From an uncultured Bacilli bacterium (GTDB lineage Bacteria; Bacillota_I; Bacilli_A; RF39; UBA660), in the NCBI GenBank assembly GCA_947627435.1, contig CANQWB010000005.1:1-50354 (forward strand): a stretch of 50,354 bases of DNA, in the 5' to 3' direction. The position numbers were made by a program, and so were the translations under genes. A model generated the notes under the pieces. It was given only the letters and a program-made list of their open reading frames with translations. It made no database searches and was not told the DNA's origin. The number at the start of each line of letters is the position of its first letter. The first letter of the stretch is position 1. This document shows, in pieces, positions 7,629 through 15,094 of this stretch.

Positions 7629-8363
7629 GTGTCTTCTTTGGAAGAAACTATAGTAAATGATATTGTCGATGTAGAGCCAGATACGAGTAGCGATACAAGC
7701 CAAAAATATACAAGTTTTGATTTGTTAACGACCGATAGTTTTGAAGTTTCAAAAAAACGTGATCAAGAAGAAACTGTAGTAGATTCTAGTAGTTCTAAAG
7801 CCGAAATAGCCAAAGATGATTTGAAAAATATATTTGAGATTGCCAATAATAATGTACGTGAAGCAACTAATATATTTAATAAAAATCTAGAAATGAAAAA
7901 GAAACTAGAGGACGAAAAAAAAGAAATTGATCGTGTTCGTAATGAACATTCTGAGAAATGTAAAGAAGAAATTCGTAAAGTAAAAGAATATAAAGCAGAA
8001 GTATATGAAAAATTAAAAGCCAAAAAAGAAGAAGTAGAAAGTCAACTACAATCACTTAAAGATACACAAGCAAACTTTAATTTAGAAAAAAATAAATTTG
8101 AGTTCTATAAAAAGAATGAAATGGATAAAATTAAGAAACAAGAAGAAAAACGTCAAAGCGAACTTGATGCGAGAGAATCTATTTTAGAAGAACGTGAACA
8201 AGAATTGTTCCGCCGAGAAAGTGAATTAGATGAACAAAAAGAACAATTGGAAAAAGATCGTTCTAAATATGAATCAGATATGAATGAATTAAGCAATAAT
8301 CTTTTAAAATTTAATGAGTTAGTTGGGGAATTTACTTCTAATGTGGAAAAAATAAGTGAATAA
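7629..8363 (+). CDS. Paralogous acidic plus coiled-coil protein of unknown function
   Basis: Same architecture as the preceding ORF, with a C-terminal FNELVGEFTSNV motif. The start is uncertain: GTG 7629 overlaps the SD, while TTG 7638 lies 8 nt after GGAG. Confidence 0.55.
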   Translation: MSSLEETIVNDIVDVEPDTSSDTSQKYTSFDLLTTDSFEVSKKRDQEETVVDSSSSKAEIAKDDLKNIFEIANNNVREATNIFNKNLEMKKKLEDEKKEIDRVRNEHSEKCKEEIRKVKEYKAEVYEKLKAKKEEVESQLQSLKDTQANFNLEKNKFEFYKKNEMDKIKKQEEKRQSELDARESILEEREQELFRRESELDEQKEQLEKDRSKYESDMNELSNNLLKFNELVGEFTSNVEKISE

Positions 8364-8402
8364 TCAAGGTAACTTGATTATTTTTTGTAAGGAGCGTTTT
8401 AT

Positions 8403-9227
8403 ATGATAAAAAATGTCAATTTACAACTTTCAAATATCTATCATAAAAAGATAGCTGTATTTTCAGATATTCATTACGTAAAGGGATATTCTTTAAAAAA
8501 ATTAGAATGTATTTATCAGAATTTAAAGAAAAATAAACCTGATTATATTTGTATTGTAGGAGATTTGTTAGATAAAGGAAATGTATTAGAAGATCCTCTC
8601 AGTAAACATTTATTTATTACTTGGCTTCGAAAATTATCCAAACTTGCTTCTGTAATCATTTCGTTAGGTAATCATGACGTTGCTATATACACATCTCATT
8701 GGGAATATCGTCATCCTAAAGAATTATTAGAAGAGATTACACAAATACCTAATGTTCATGTTTTAAATAATACAGTTTATCAAGATAATCATATTTGCTT
8801 TATAGGATATACTCCAGCATTTTCATATTATTTTAAATCATCAGAAAACCCAGATAGCTATATAGAAGACTTTAAAGAAAAAATATTATCCGTTCTTTCA
8901 AAAGATAATTATAATGTTTTACTTTGTCATACTCCCATTTATGTAACATATCCCAAACTTACGAGTGATTCATTGTTTTCATCAATTCATCTAGTATTAT
9001 CAGGCCATATGCATAATGGTATTATTCCTATTTCATTAAAAGGAAATTATGGAATTATTTCTCCTTGTAAAACTTTTTTTCCAAAATATGCGAGAGGTAA
9101 TTTCCAAATAGGAAATACGCAATACTACATAAGTGGTGGGGTAATTACTTTTTCTAAAGTATCACCAAAATTATTACATCTATTGAATTGTTGTTTCCCA
9201 ATTCATATTGAATATATTGAAATTTAA
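8403..9227 (+). CDS. Calcineurin-like metallophosphoesterase
   Basis: Signature blocks are present: FSDIHY, IVGDLLD, GNHD, GHMHNG. AAGGAG RBS. Confidence 0.8.
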   Translation: MIKNVNLQLSNIYHKKIAVFSDIHYVKGYSLKKLECIYQNLKKNKPDYICIVGDLLDKGNVLEDPLSKHLFITWLRKLSKLASVIISLGNHDVAIYTSHWEYRHPKELLEEITQIPNVHVLNNTVYQDNHICFIGYTPAFSYYFKSSENPDSYIEDFKEKILSVLSKDNYNVLLCHTPIYVTYPKLTSDSLFSSIHLVLSGHMHNGIIPISLKGNYGIISPCKTFFPKYARGNFQIGNTQYYISGGVITFSKVSPKLLHLLNCCFPIHIEYIEI

Positions 9228-9414
9228 AAAATATAACGATTGATGTTATTTTGAAATGTACAGAATCTAGAATGAAAAAAGTATAAAATTTATTCATGTA
9301 AAGTATGATAAAGAATCTTGCAATCAAGATTCTTTTTTGTTATAATTGAGATGTCAAATAAATCATAGAATAGTTTGTAAGTAGGAGATATTTTTGTATT
9401 TGCTATTTGTAAAC

Positions 9415-9423
9415 GGGGGGGGG
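9415..9423 (+). repeat. Homopolymeric G9 tract (followed by TAACCCTC and T7)
   Basis: Counted directly. The partner copy has G10 and T6. Confidence 0.95.
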
Positions 9424-9439
9424 TAACCCTCTTTTTTTA

Positions 9440-9482
9440 TTGTCTTGCAAAAGGAAATAAAATATAGTACACTGATAGTGTA
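9440..9482 (+). promoter_or_regulatory. Promoter plus inverted-repeat operator of modular pilin gene 1
   Basis: TTGTCT (9440..9445), 17 nt, TATAGT (9463..9468). A perfect inverted repeat TACACT-GAT-AGTGTA (9468..9482) overlaps the -10/TSS. All of this is conserved at 42191..42233. Confidence 0.55.
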
Positions 9483-9535
9483 TATAAGAATAAAAGAATA
9501 GAAAAAGTATCAAAATAGAAGTAGGAGAGATGTAT

Positions 9536-11059
9536 ATGAAGAAAAAAGGATTTACATTAATAGAATTATTGGCGGTAATTGTAATACTCGCAATTATTGC
9601 ACTAATTGCAACGCCAATGATTATGGGCGTAATAGAAAATGCAAGAAAGAAAGCAGCAATTCAATCAGTGAATGGCTTATTAGAAGCAGGAGAACAATAT
9701 CAAGTAGAATCTATGATGGATGGAGCAAGAGAAACTGAAATCGATTTAACTGGTGATACTTTAGATATAAAAGGAAGTAAACCAGATAGTGGAGAACTCA
9801 TCTATGATAGTTTAGGAAATATGAGTATTATAGCAAAATACGGAAAATACTGTATCGAAAAGAAGTTTTTAGATGAAGAACCAACCATAGTCACAAGAGA
9901 AGAATGTGAGATGAAAGCATCAGAAAAAGAAAATATAACAACAAAAATATATGGAATAAAAAGAGATATCAATACAAGTGAAACAACATGGGAAAGAATT
10001 GAAGATGCAGAAGAATTAGAAGCAAATGCCATCAAAAGTGAAAGTGAATTAGAAACTGGTGTAAGAAATGACTTTGATGAAATCTATCCATGGAGTGATA
10101 TAGAGACATATACATATGATGTAGAGAAAAAAGAAGTGACTAGTTGGTATAATGATAATCCAGAAGGATTTGAATTTGATGGAAGTAAAGGAGAAGTACT
10201 AACATATATACCAACATTTTATTATAAAAGATATCAAGAAGATGGATATGAATATATTTTAATAAGTAATAAAAATTTAGAGGGATATACAAGAAGTGAT
10301 GAATTTTCAATAGGAAGATATACGATGTCAGGAGATAGCAACGCTATTCATAGTAAAAGTGGTGAAACTCCATTGGTAAAAATAACAATTACACAATTTA
10401 GAGACTATGCAAGAAAGTTAGGTAGTGAATTCAGTCAATTAGATTATCATTATTTTATAATCCAATTATTATATTTAGTAGAATATGCAGATTATAACTC
10501 ACAAGAAAAGTTAGGATTATCAAATACAAATAATACTGTAACCATTACAAGTGGAGGCTGTGATGAATTAGGAATGAAATCTGGTACTTTAAATAATGAT
10601 GGAAAACATTCCATGATTTACAGAGGAATAGAAGATATTTATGGAAACGTATTTCAATTTGTAGATGGAATGAATATTAAAAGTGGAGTAACATACATAT
10701 GTTATGATCCAAATCAATATAAAATTGGTACATTTGATGGATATTATCAGAAATTAGGTTATGTAAATACAACTGATGGAGGATATATCAAAAAACTAGG
10801 ATATGATGCTACCAATTCATTAATTGCACTACCAATAGAAGTAGGAGGTAGTACAAATACTTACATAACGGATTACGGCGAACCATATTTAGGTACAACA
10901 ACCCCTTGCGAGTCAGAAACTGGATGCATTCCTTCGGTCGGGGGAGCTGGTTTTGGTGGTGGGTCCAATAAACAAGCTGGTTTTTGGTATTGGAGATTTT
11001 TTAATTCTTCCTCTGGGCTTAGTAATGACCTTGGATCCCGCCTTATCAAATATCAATAA
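9536..11059 (+). CDS. Modular type IV pilin-like protein: prepilin N-terminus plus large C-terminal module (divergent FGE-sulfatase / C-type-lectin-like suspected)
   Basis: Class III signal in MKKKGFTLIELLAVIVILAIIALIATP. The C-terminal module has RGIEDIYGNVFQFVDG (compare the GNVWEW motif of SUMF1/FGE domains) and a terminal ..GSRLIKYQ. The start was set at ATG 9536, 8 nt after AGGAG. Confidence 0.7.
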   Translation: MKKKGFTLIELLAVIVILAIIALIATPMIMGVIENARKKAAIQSVNGLLEAGEQYQVESMMDGARETEIDLTGDTLDIKGSKPDSGELIYDSLGNMSIIAKYGKYCIEKKFLDEEPTIVTREECEMKASEKENITTKIYGIKRDINTSETTWERIEDAEELEANAIKSESELETGVRNDFDEIYPWSDIETYTYDVEKKEVTSWYNDNPEGFEFDGSKGEVLTYIPTFYYKRYQEDGYEYILISNKNLEGYTRSDEFSIGRYTMSGDSNAIHSKSGETPLVKITITQFRDYARKLGSEFSQLDYHYFIIQLLYLVEYADYNSQEKLGLSNTNNTVTITSGGCDELGMKSGTLNNDGKHSMIYRGIEDIYGNVFQFVDGMNIKSGVTYICYDPNQYKIGTFDGYYQKLGYVNTTDGGYIKKLGYDATNSLIALPIEVGGSTNTYITDYGEPYLGTTTPCESETGCIPSVGGAGFGGGSNKQAGFWYWRFFNSSSGLSNDLGSRLIKYQ

Positions 11060-11206
11060 ATTAAAAATAAACTCAATTTTTAAAAATTAAAGTTTGAAAA
11101 AATAAATAACATTGACATTCTAACATTTATGTGTTAACATGTATGTAGACACGAATTTCAGTGTTTTTTATTTGAAAAAAAGCATATGATGAAAAGAGGG
11201 TGTAAT

Positions 11207-11386
11207 ATGAAAGCATTAGCAAGATTTTTAGTAGGGGTCAAACAAGAAATGAAGAAAGTAAAATGGCCAAATAAAAAAGAAATGATTACATATTCTACAG
11301 CAACGATAGCATTTATACTTATTTTTGGTTTATTTTTTGCGGGCTTAGATTTTATTATTTCTGGTCTTAAAATGGTGGTGAAATAA
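11207..11386 (+). CDS. secE: Preprotein translocase subunit SecE
   Basis: The sequence reads KQEMKKVKWPNKKEMITYSTATIAFILIFGLFFAGLDFIISGL, a single TM helix. It sits directly upstream of nusG and overlaps it (TAATG). The start was moved to ATG 11207 after the GAGGGTG RBS. Confidence 0.85.
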   Translation: MKALARFLVGVKQEMKKVKWPNKKEMITYSTATIAFILIFGLFFAGLDFIISGLKMVVK

Positions 11387-11919
11387 TGGAAAAAGAATGG
11401 TACGTTGTTAATACATATTCTGGACACGAAAATAAAGTAAAAGAAAAATTAGAAATGCGTGCAAACTCCATGGGAATGGAAGATTATATCTTTCGTGTAG
11501 TCGTTCCTGAACAAAAAGAAATTGAAGTCAAAGATGGAGTACAAAAAGAAAAAATAAAGAAAATGTTTCCAGGCTATATTTTAGTAGAAATGATTATGAC
11601 TGATGAAGCTTGGTTCATTGTGCGTAATACCCCAGGTGTTACTGGATTTATTGGTTCATCTGGTAAAGGAGCAAAACCATTTCCACTAACAACACAAGAA
11701 GTAGATAAAATTTTAGGTAGTATGGGTATGAGTCGCCTTGAAATTGGAAATACTCTCAATGTAGATGATATGGTAAAAGTAGTTGGTGGACCATTTGCCA
11801 ATATGTTTGGTAAAGTCAAAACTATTGATATGGAAAATCAAAAATTAGAAGTTGCTTTAGATTTATTTGGACAAGAAACTATTGTCGAACTTGCTTTAAC
11901 AGAAATAGAAAAAGCATAA
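11386..11919 (+). CDS. nusG: Transcription termination/antitermination factor NusG
   Basis: NGN domain (WYVVNTYSGHENKVK, PGYILVEM) and KOW domain (VKVVGGPFANMFGKV). Conserved synteny. Confidence 0.95.
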   Translation: MEKEWYVVNTYSGHENKVKEKLEMRANSMGMEDYIFRVVVPEQKEIEVKDGVQKEKIKKMFPGYILVEMIMTDEAWFIVRNTPGVTGFIGSSGKGAKPFPLTTQEVDKILGSMGMSRLEIGNTLNVDDMVKVVGGPFANMFGKVKTIDMENQKLEVALDLFGQETIVELALTEIEKA

Positions 11920-12062
11920 TAAAAAATAAAATAAATATTTACAAAACCACAACTTTGTGGTATCATGAGTTCGCTATATATTTTATATATAGATAAAGTG
12001 GGAGATGTTTCATGCGGATGTCATTTGAACCACTCGCGAAAAAAATATAGGAGGTGTTTTTC

Positions 12063-12494
12063 GTGGCAAAACCAATTACGAAGATTATTAAATTACAAAT
12101 ACCTGCAGGAAAAGCTACACCAGCTCCACCAGTTGGAACTGTATTAGGACCAGCAGGAATTAATTTACAAGAATTCTGTACAAAATATAATGATGCAACG
12201 AAAGATAAAATGGGAGATATCTTACCAGTTGAAATTTCTGTATATGAAGATAGAACTTTCGATTTCGTAATTAAAACTCCACCAGCTGCATTCTTAATTA
12301 AGAAAGTAACAGGAATCAAAAAGGGATCAACAAAAGGTTCTAATGAAACTGTTGGAACTTTAACACAAGCACAATTAAGAGAAATTGCTGAAACCAAATT
12401 GCCAGATTTAAACGCTTATGGTATCGAAGAAGCTATGAAAATAGTTGCTGGTACTGCTCGTAATATGGGCGTTAAAATCGAAGGTGAAGAATAA
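12063..12494 (+). CDS. rplK: 50S ribosomal protein L11
   Basis: The sequence (M)[33 protein letters not shown] is diagnostic. GTG start at 12063, 8 nt after AGGAGG; the ORF track opens 9 nt earlier. Confidence 0.95.
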   Translation: MAKPITKIIKLQIPAGKATPAPPVGTVLGPAGINLQEFCTKYNDATKDKMGDILPVEISVYEDRTFDFVIKTPPAAFLIKKVTGIKKGSTKGSNETVGTLTQAQLREIAETKLPDLNAYGIEEAMKIVAGTARNMGVKIEGEE

Positions 12495-12571
12495 GAAAAA
12501 AGATTTACACATATAGGTAATTACCTATGTGGGAGGAAAAAATCCGCATATACCACATAAGGAGGTAAAAA

Positions 12572-13267
12572 ATGAAAAAAGGTAAAAAATATGTAGAAGC
12601 TTCAAAGAAAGTAGATAAAGCAAAATTATATACTGTAGAAGAAGCAATTAATTTAGTGAAAGAAACTTCAATTACAAATTTTGATGGTTCTGTTGAACTT
12701 GCTATTCGTTTAAACTTAGACACCAAAAAAGCAGATCAACAATTAAGAGGTGCATTAGTACTTCCAAATGGAACAGGAAAAACCAAAAAAGTTTTAGTTA
12801 TTGCTAAAGGACAACAAGCTGAAGCTGCAAAAGCAGCAGGAGCTGACTATGTTGGAGATAACGATTTATTAGAAAAAATTGAAAAAGAAAATTGGTTCGA
12901 TTTTGATACAATGATTGCAACTCCAGATATGATGCCAGCCTTAGGAAAAATTGGTAAAGTATTAGGTCCAAAGGGATTAATGCCAAACCCTAAAACTGGT
13001 ACTGTTACAATGGATACTAAGACTGCTGTAGAAGAAGTTAAAAAAGGACGTATAGAATATCGTACAGATAGTTTTGGTAATGTTCATGTTATTATTGGTA
13101 AAGTATCATTTGATGCAGCTAAATTAGTTGAAAATTTAAATGCCTTTGTATCATTGATTTTAAAATCAAAACCAGCTGTTGTAAAAGGAAAATACATTTT
13201 GAATGTATCTGTCGCATCAACAATGGGTCCTGGCATTAAAATTGATACAAATAGTTTTGACAACTAA
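12572..13267 (+). CDS. rplA: 50S ribosomal protein L1
   Basis: Contains [15 protein letters not shown]...[26 protein letters not shown]. Confidence 0.96.
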   Translation: MKKGKKYVEASKKVDKAKLYTVEEAINLVKETSITNFDGSVELAIRLNLDTKKADQQLRGALVLPNGTGKTKKVLVIAKGQQAEAAKAAGADYVGDNDLLEKIEKENWFDFDTMIATPDMMPALGKIGKVLGPKGLMPNPKTGTVTMDTKTAVEEVKKGRIEYRTDSFGNVHVIIGKVSFDAAKLVENLNAFVSLILKSKPAVVKGKYILNVSVASTMGPGIKIDTNSFDN

Positions 13268-13279
13268 TCAAAACTGTGG

Positions 13280-13437
13280 TATAATGAACTCGTTCGTGAA
13301 ATAAAATATAATGTACCGTAGACAGTAGGTGTGAATTTCCACTTAATTTCCTACCGAGGAACTTGAAAATATTTTTCAGTCTTTCGGCTCTTACGGTATT
13401 TCTGTAAGAGCTTTTTATACGGAACAGTCAGAAGGAG
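13280..13437 (+). promoter_or_regulatory. rplJ promoter and L10-leader-type autoregulatory 5' UTR with attenuator hairpin
   Basis: Extended -10 TGgTATAAT (13277..13285), then a ~145-nt leader. Terminator-like hairpin GCTCTTAC/GTAAGAGC (13387..13411) plus T5 sits just upstream of the rplJ SD. The position matches the L10 leader of Firmicutes. Confidence 0.6.
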
Positions 13438-13446
13438 GTGCGAAGA

Positions 13447-13941
13447 GTGGCAAACCAAAAAATTATTGAACAAAAAGCTTCTATTGTAGAAGAAATTGCT
13501 GATAAAATGAAATCATCAGCATCTTATGTATTCTTTGAATACCGTGGACTTACTGTTTCAGAAACAAATGAATTGAGAAGAAAATTAAGAGAAACAGGTT
13601 CTGAATTTAAAATTTATAAGAACACATTAGCACTGAGAGCTTTAAATAGCTTGAATGTTGCGATTGATGAACTTGCAGGTCCAAAGGCCATTGCTTTTGG
13701 TGAAGATGCAATTGCTCCAATTAAAACGTTAAGTGATTTCGCAAAAGATCACAGTGCACTTGAAATCAAAATTGGAGTAGTAGATGGTGAGATAGTAGAT
13801 CAAGATACATTAAAAAAACTTGCTGCATTACCATCAAGAGAAGGATTGCTTACAATGTTTGCAAGTGGTCTTATGGGAATTGCAAGAGACTTTGCAATAT
13901 GCTTAGATTTACATGCTAAGAATTTAGAAAAAAATAATTAA
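13447..13941 (+). CDS. rplJ: 50S ribosomal protein L10
   Basis: Begins (M)ANQKIIEQKASIVEEI...; synteny is conserved. GTG start at 13447, 8 nt after GGAGG; the ORF-track start 13438 overlaps the SD. Confidence 0.93.
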   Translation: MANQKIIEQKASIVEEIADKMKSSASYVFFEYRGLTVSETNELRRKLRETGSEFKIYKNTLALRALNSLNVAIDELAGPKAIAFGEDAIAPIKTLSDFAKDHSALEIKIGVVDGEIVDQDTLKKLAALPSREGLLTMFASGLMGIARDFAICLDLHAKNLEKNN

Positions 13942-13953
13942 GGAGGAATTATA

Positions 13954-14328
13954 ATGGCAAAATTAAGCGCAAAAGAAATTATTGATTCTTTAAAAGAAAT
14001 GACTCTTTTAGAACTCAAAGAAGTAGTAGATTTAATGAAAGAAGAATTTGGTGTAGATCCATCTGCAGTAGCAGTAGCTGCTCCAGTAGCTGGTGGAGCT
14101 GCAGCTCAAGAAGAAGGTCCAAGTACTGTAAATGTTGTACTTACTTCAGCTGGAGCTAACAAAATTGCAGTTATCAAATTAGTTCGTGATTATACTGGAC
14201 TAGGATTAAAAGAAGCAAAAGATATTGCTGACAACGGTGGAACTGTTAAAGAAGGAGTTTCTGCTGACGAAGCAAATGAAATGAAAGCTAAATTCGAAGA
14301 AGCTGGCGCTACAGTAGAATTTAAGTAA
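13954..14328 (+). CDS. rplL: 50S ribosomal protein L7/L12
   Basis: Ala-rich hinge and C-terminal [16 protein letters not shown]...EAGATVEFK. Confidence 0.96.
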   Translation: MAKLSAKEIIDSLKEMTLLELKEVVDLMKEEFGVDPSAVAVAAPVAGGAAAQEEGPSTVNVVLTSAGANKIAVIKLVRDYTGLGLKEAKDIADNGGTVKEGVSADEANEMKAKFEEAGATVEFK

Positions 14329-14346
14329 TCGATAAAAAATGGTTAG

Positions 14347-14372
14347 GCCTATACTAAGAAATTAGTATGGGC
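14347..14372 (+). terminator. Partial terminator/attenuator hairpin after rplL
   Basis: 11-bp stem GCCTATACTAA/TTAGTATGGGC (one G-U) with loop GAAA. Only a weak T tract follows. Confidence 0.45.
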
Positions 14373-14412
14373 TTTCGCCGTTTAATGATAAAGCAGTATT
14401 ATAGGTGAGACT

Positions 14413-15000
14413 ATGGCACATTATTTTGAAAATGATGAGACATTAAAACACGATATACAAAAAAGTGTTGCAATCATTCACAATAAACAATTTATCTTTT
14501 ATACGGATCGTGGAGTATTTTCTAAAAAAGGACTTGATTTTGGAACAAGAACATTATTAGAAACGATAGATTGTAATCAAATTCATGGAAAAGTATTGGA
14601 TTTTGGGTGTGGATATGGACCAATTGGTATCTACATAGCTCATGAATCTGATGCCGAGGTTCATATGATTGATATCAACAGAAGAAGCTTGGAATTGGCA
14701 AGAAAGAATGTTAATACCAATCATGTGAATGTTCAGATCTATGAAAGTAACCTATATGAAAATGTGGATGATGTATTTGATTATATCATCAGTAATCCAC
14801 CAATTCGCGTTGGTAAAACAATACTTTATCAAATATTAGAAGAAGCAAAGAAACATTTAAAGCCACATGGACAATTATGGATTGTGATTCATAAAGATCA
14901 AGGGGCTAAAACGACTATGGAATTTTTAAGTCAATTTTATTCTGTAGAACTCAAAAATAAGAACAAGGGATTTTATATTATTTGTGGGACAAATAATTGA
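14413..15000 (+). CDS. Class I SAM-dependent methyltransferase (RsmC/YbxB-like small-domain rRNA methyltransferase)
   Basis: SAM motif VLDFGCGYGPIG and catalytic NPPIRVGK. It lies between rplL and rpoB, as ybxB does in Bacillus subtilis. Confidence 0.8.
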   Translation: MAHYFENDETLKHDIQKSVAIIHNKQFIFYTDRGVFSKKGLDFGTRTLLETIDCNQIHGKVLDFGCGYGPIGIYIAHESDAEVHMIDINRRSLELARKNVNTNHVNVQIYESNLYENVDDVFDYIISNPPIRVGKTILYQILEEAKKHLKPHGQLWIVIHKDQGAKTTMEFLSQFYSVELKNKNKGFYIICGTNN

Positions 15001-15094
15001 CATCTAGACTTAACTTTGTTAAAATTATAAATTGACGCATACACTTATTTTTAGGTTTATGTTCTTTTTGCAAATATAGTTATAGGGGTGACAC

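Larger units (their letters stand above)
9296..9925 (+). repeat. Dispersed repeat copy 1 (5' region plus pilin-module coding sequence); partner at 42054..42677
   Basis: Alignable by eye with 42054..42677. The near-identical stretches are ATGTCAAATAAA..TCATAGAATAGTTT, GCTATTTGTAAAC-Gn-TAACCCTC-Tn-ATTGTCTTG, the whole promoter/5'UTR, and the first ~130 codons. Confidence 0.9.

Noticed and set aside
9384-9426. Mini-ORF reading through the poly-G tract (TTG TAT TTG CTA TTT GTA AAC GGG GGG GGG TAA in copy 1; ATG CTA TTT GTA AAC GGG... in copy 2)
   Set aside because: The start codon and RBS are not conserved between the two copies, and the frame after the G tract differs. A leader-peptide model cannot be supported from sequence alone.
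11963-12397. 144-aa minus-strand ORF antisense to rplK (and 11158..11427 antisense to secE)
   Set aside because: The sense strand encodes unmistakable L11/SecE. The antisense frames lack an RBS and any recognisable motif.
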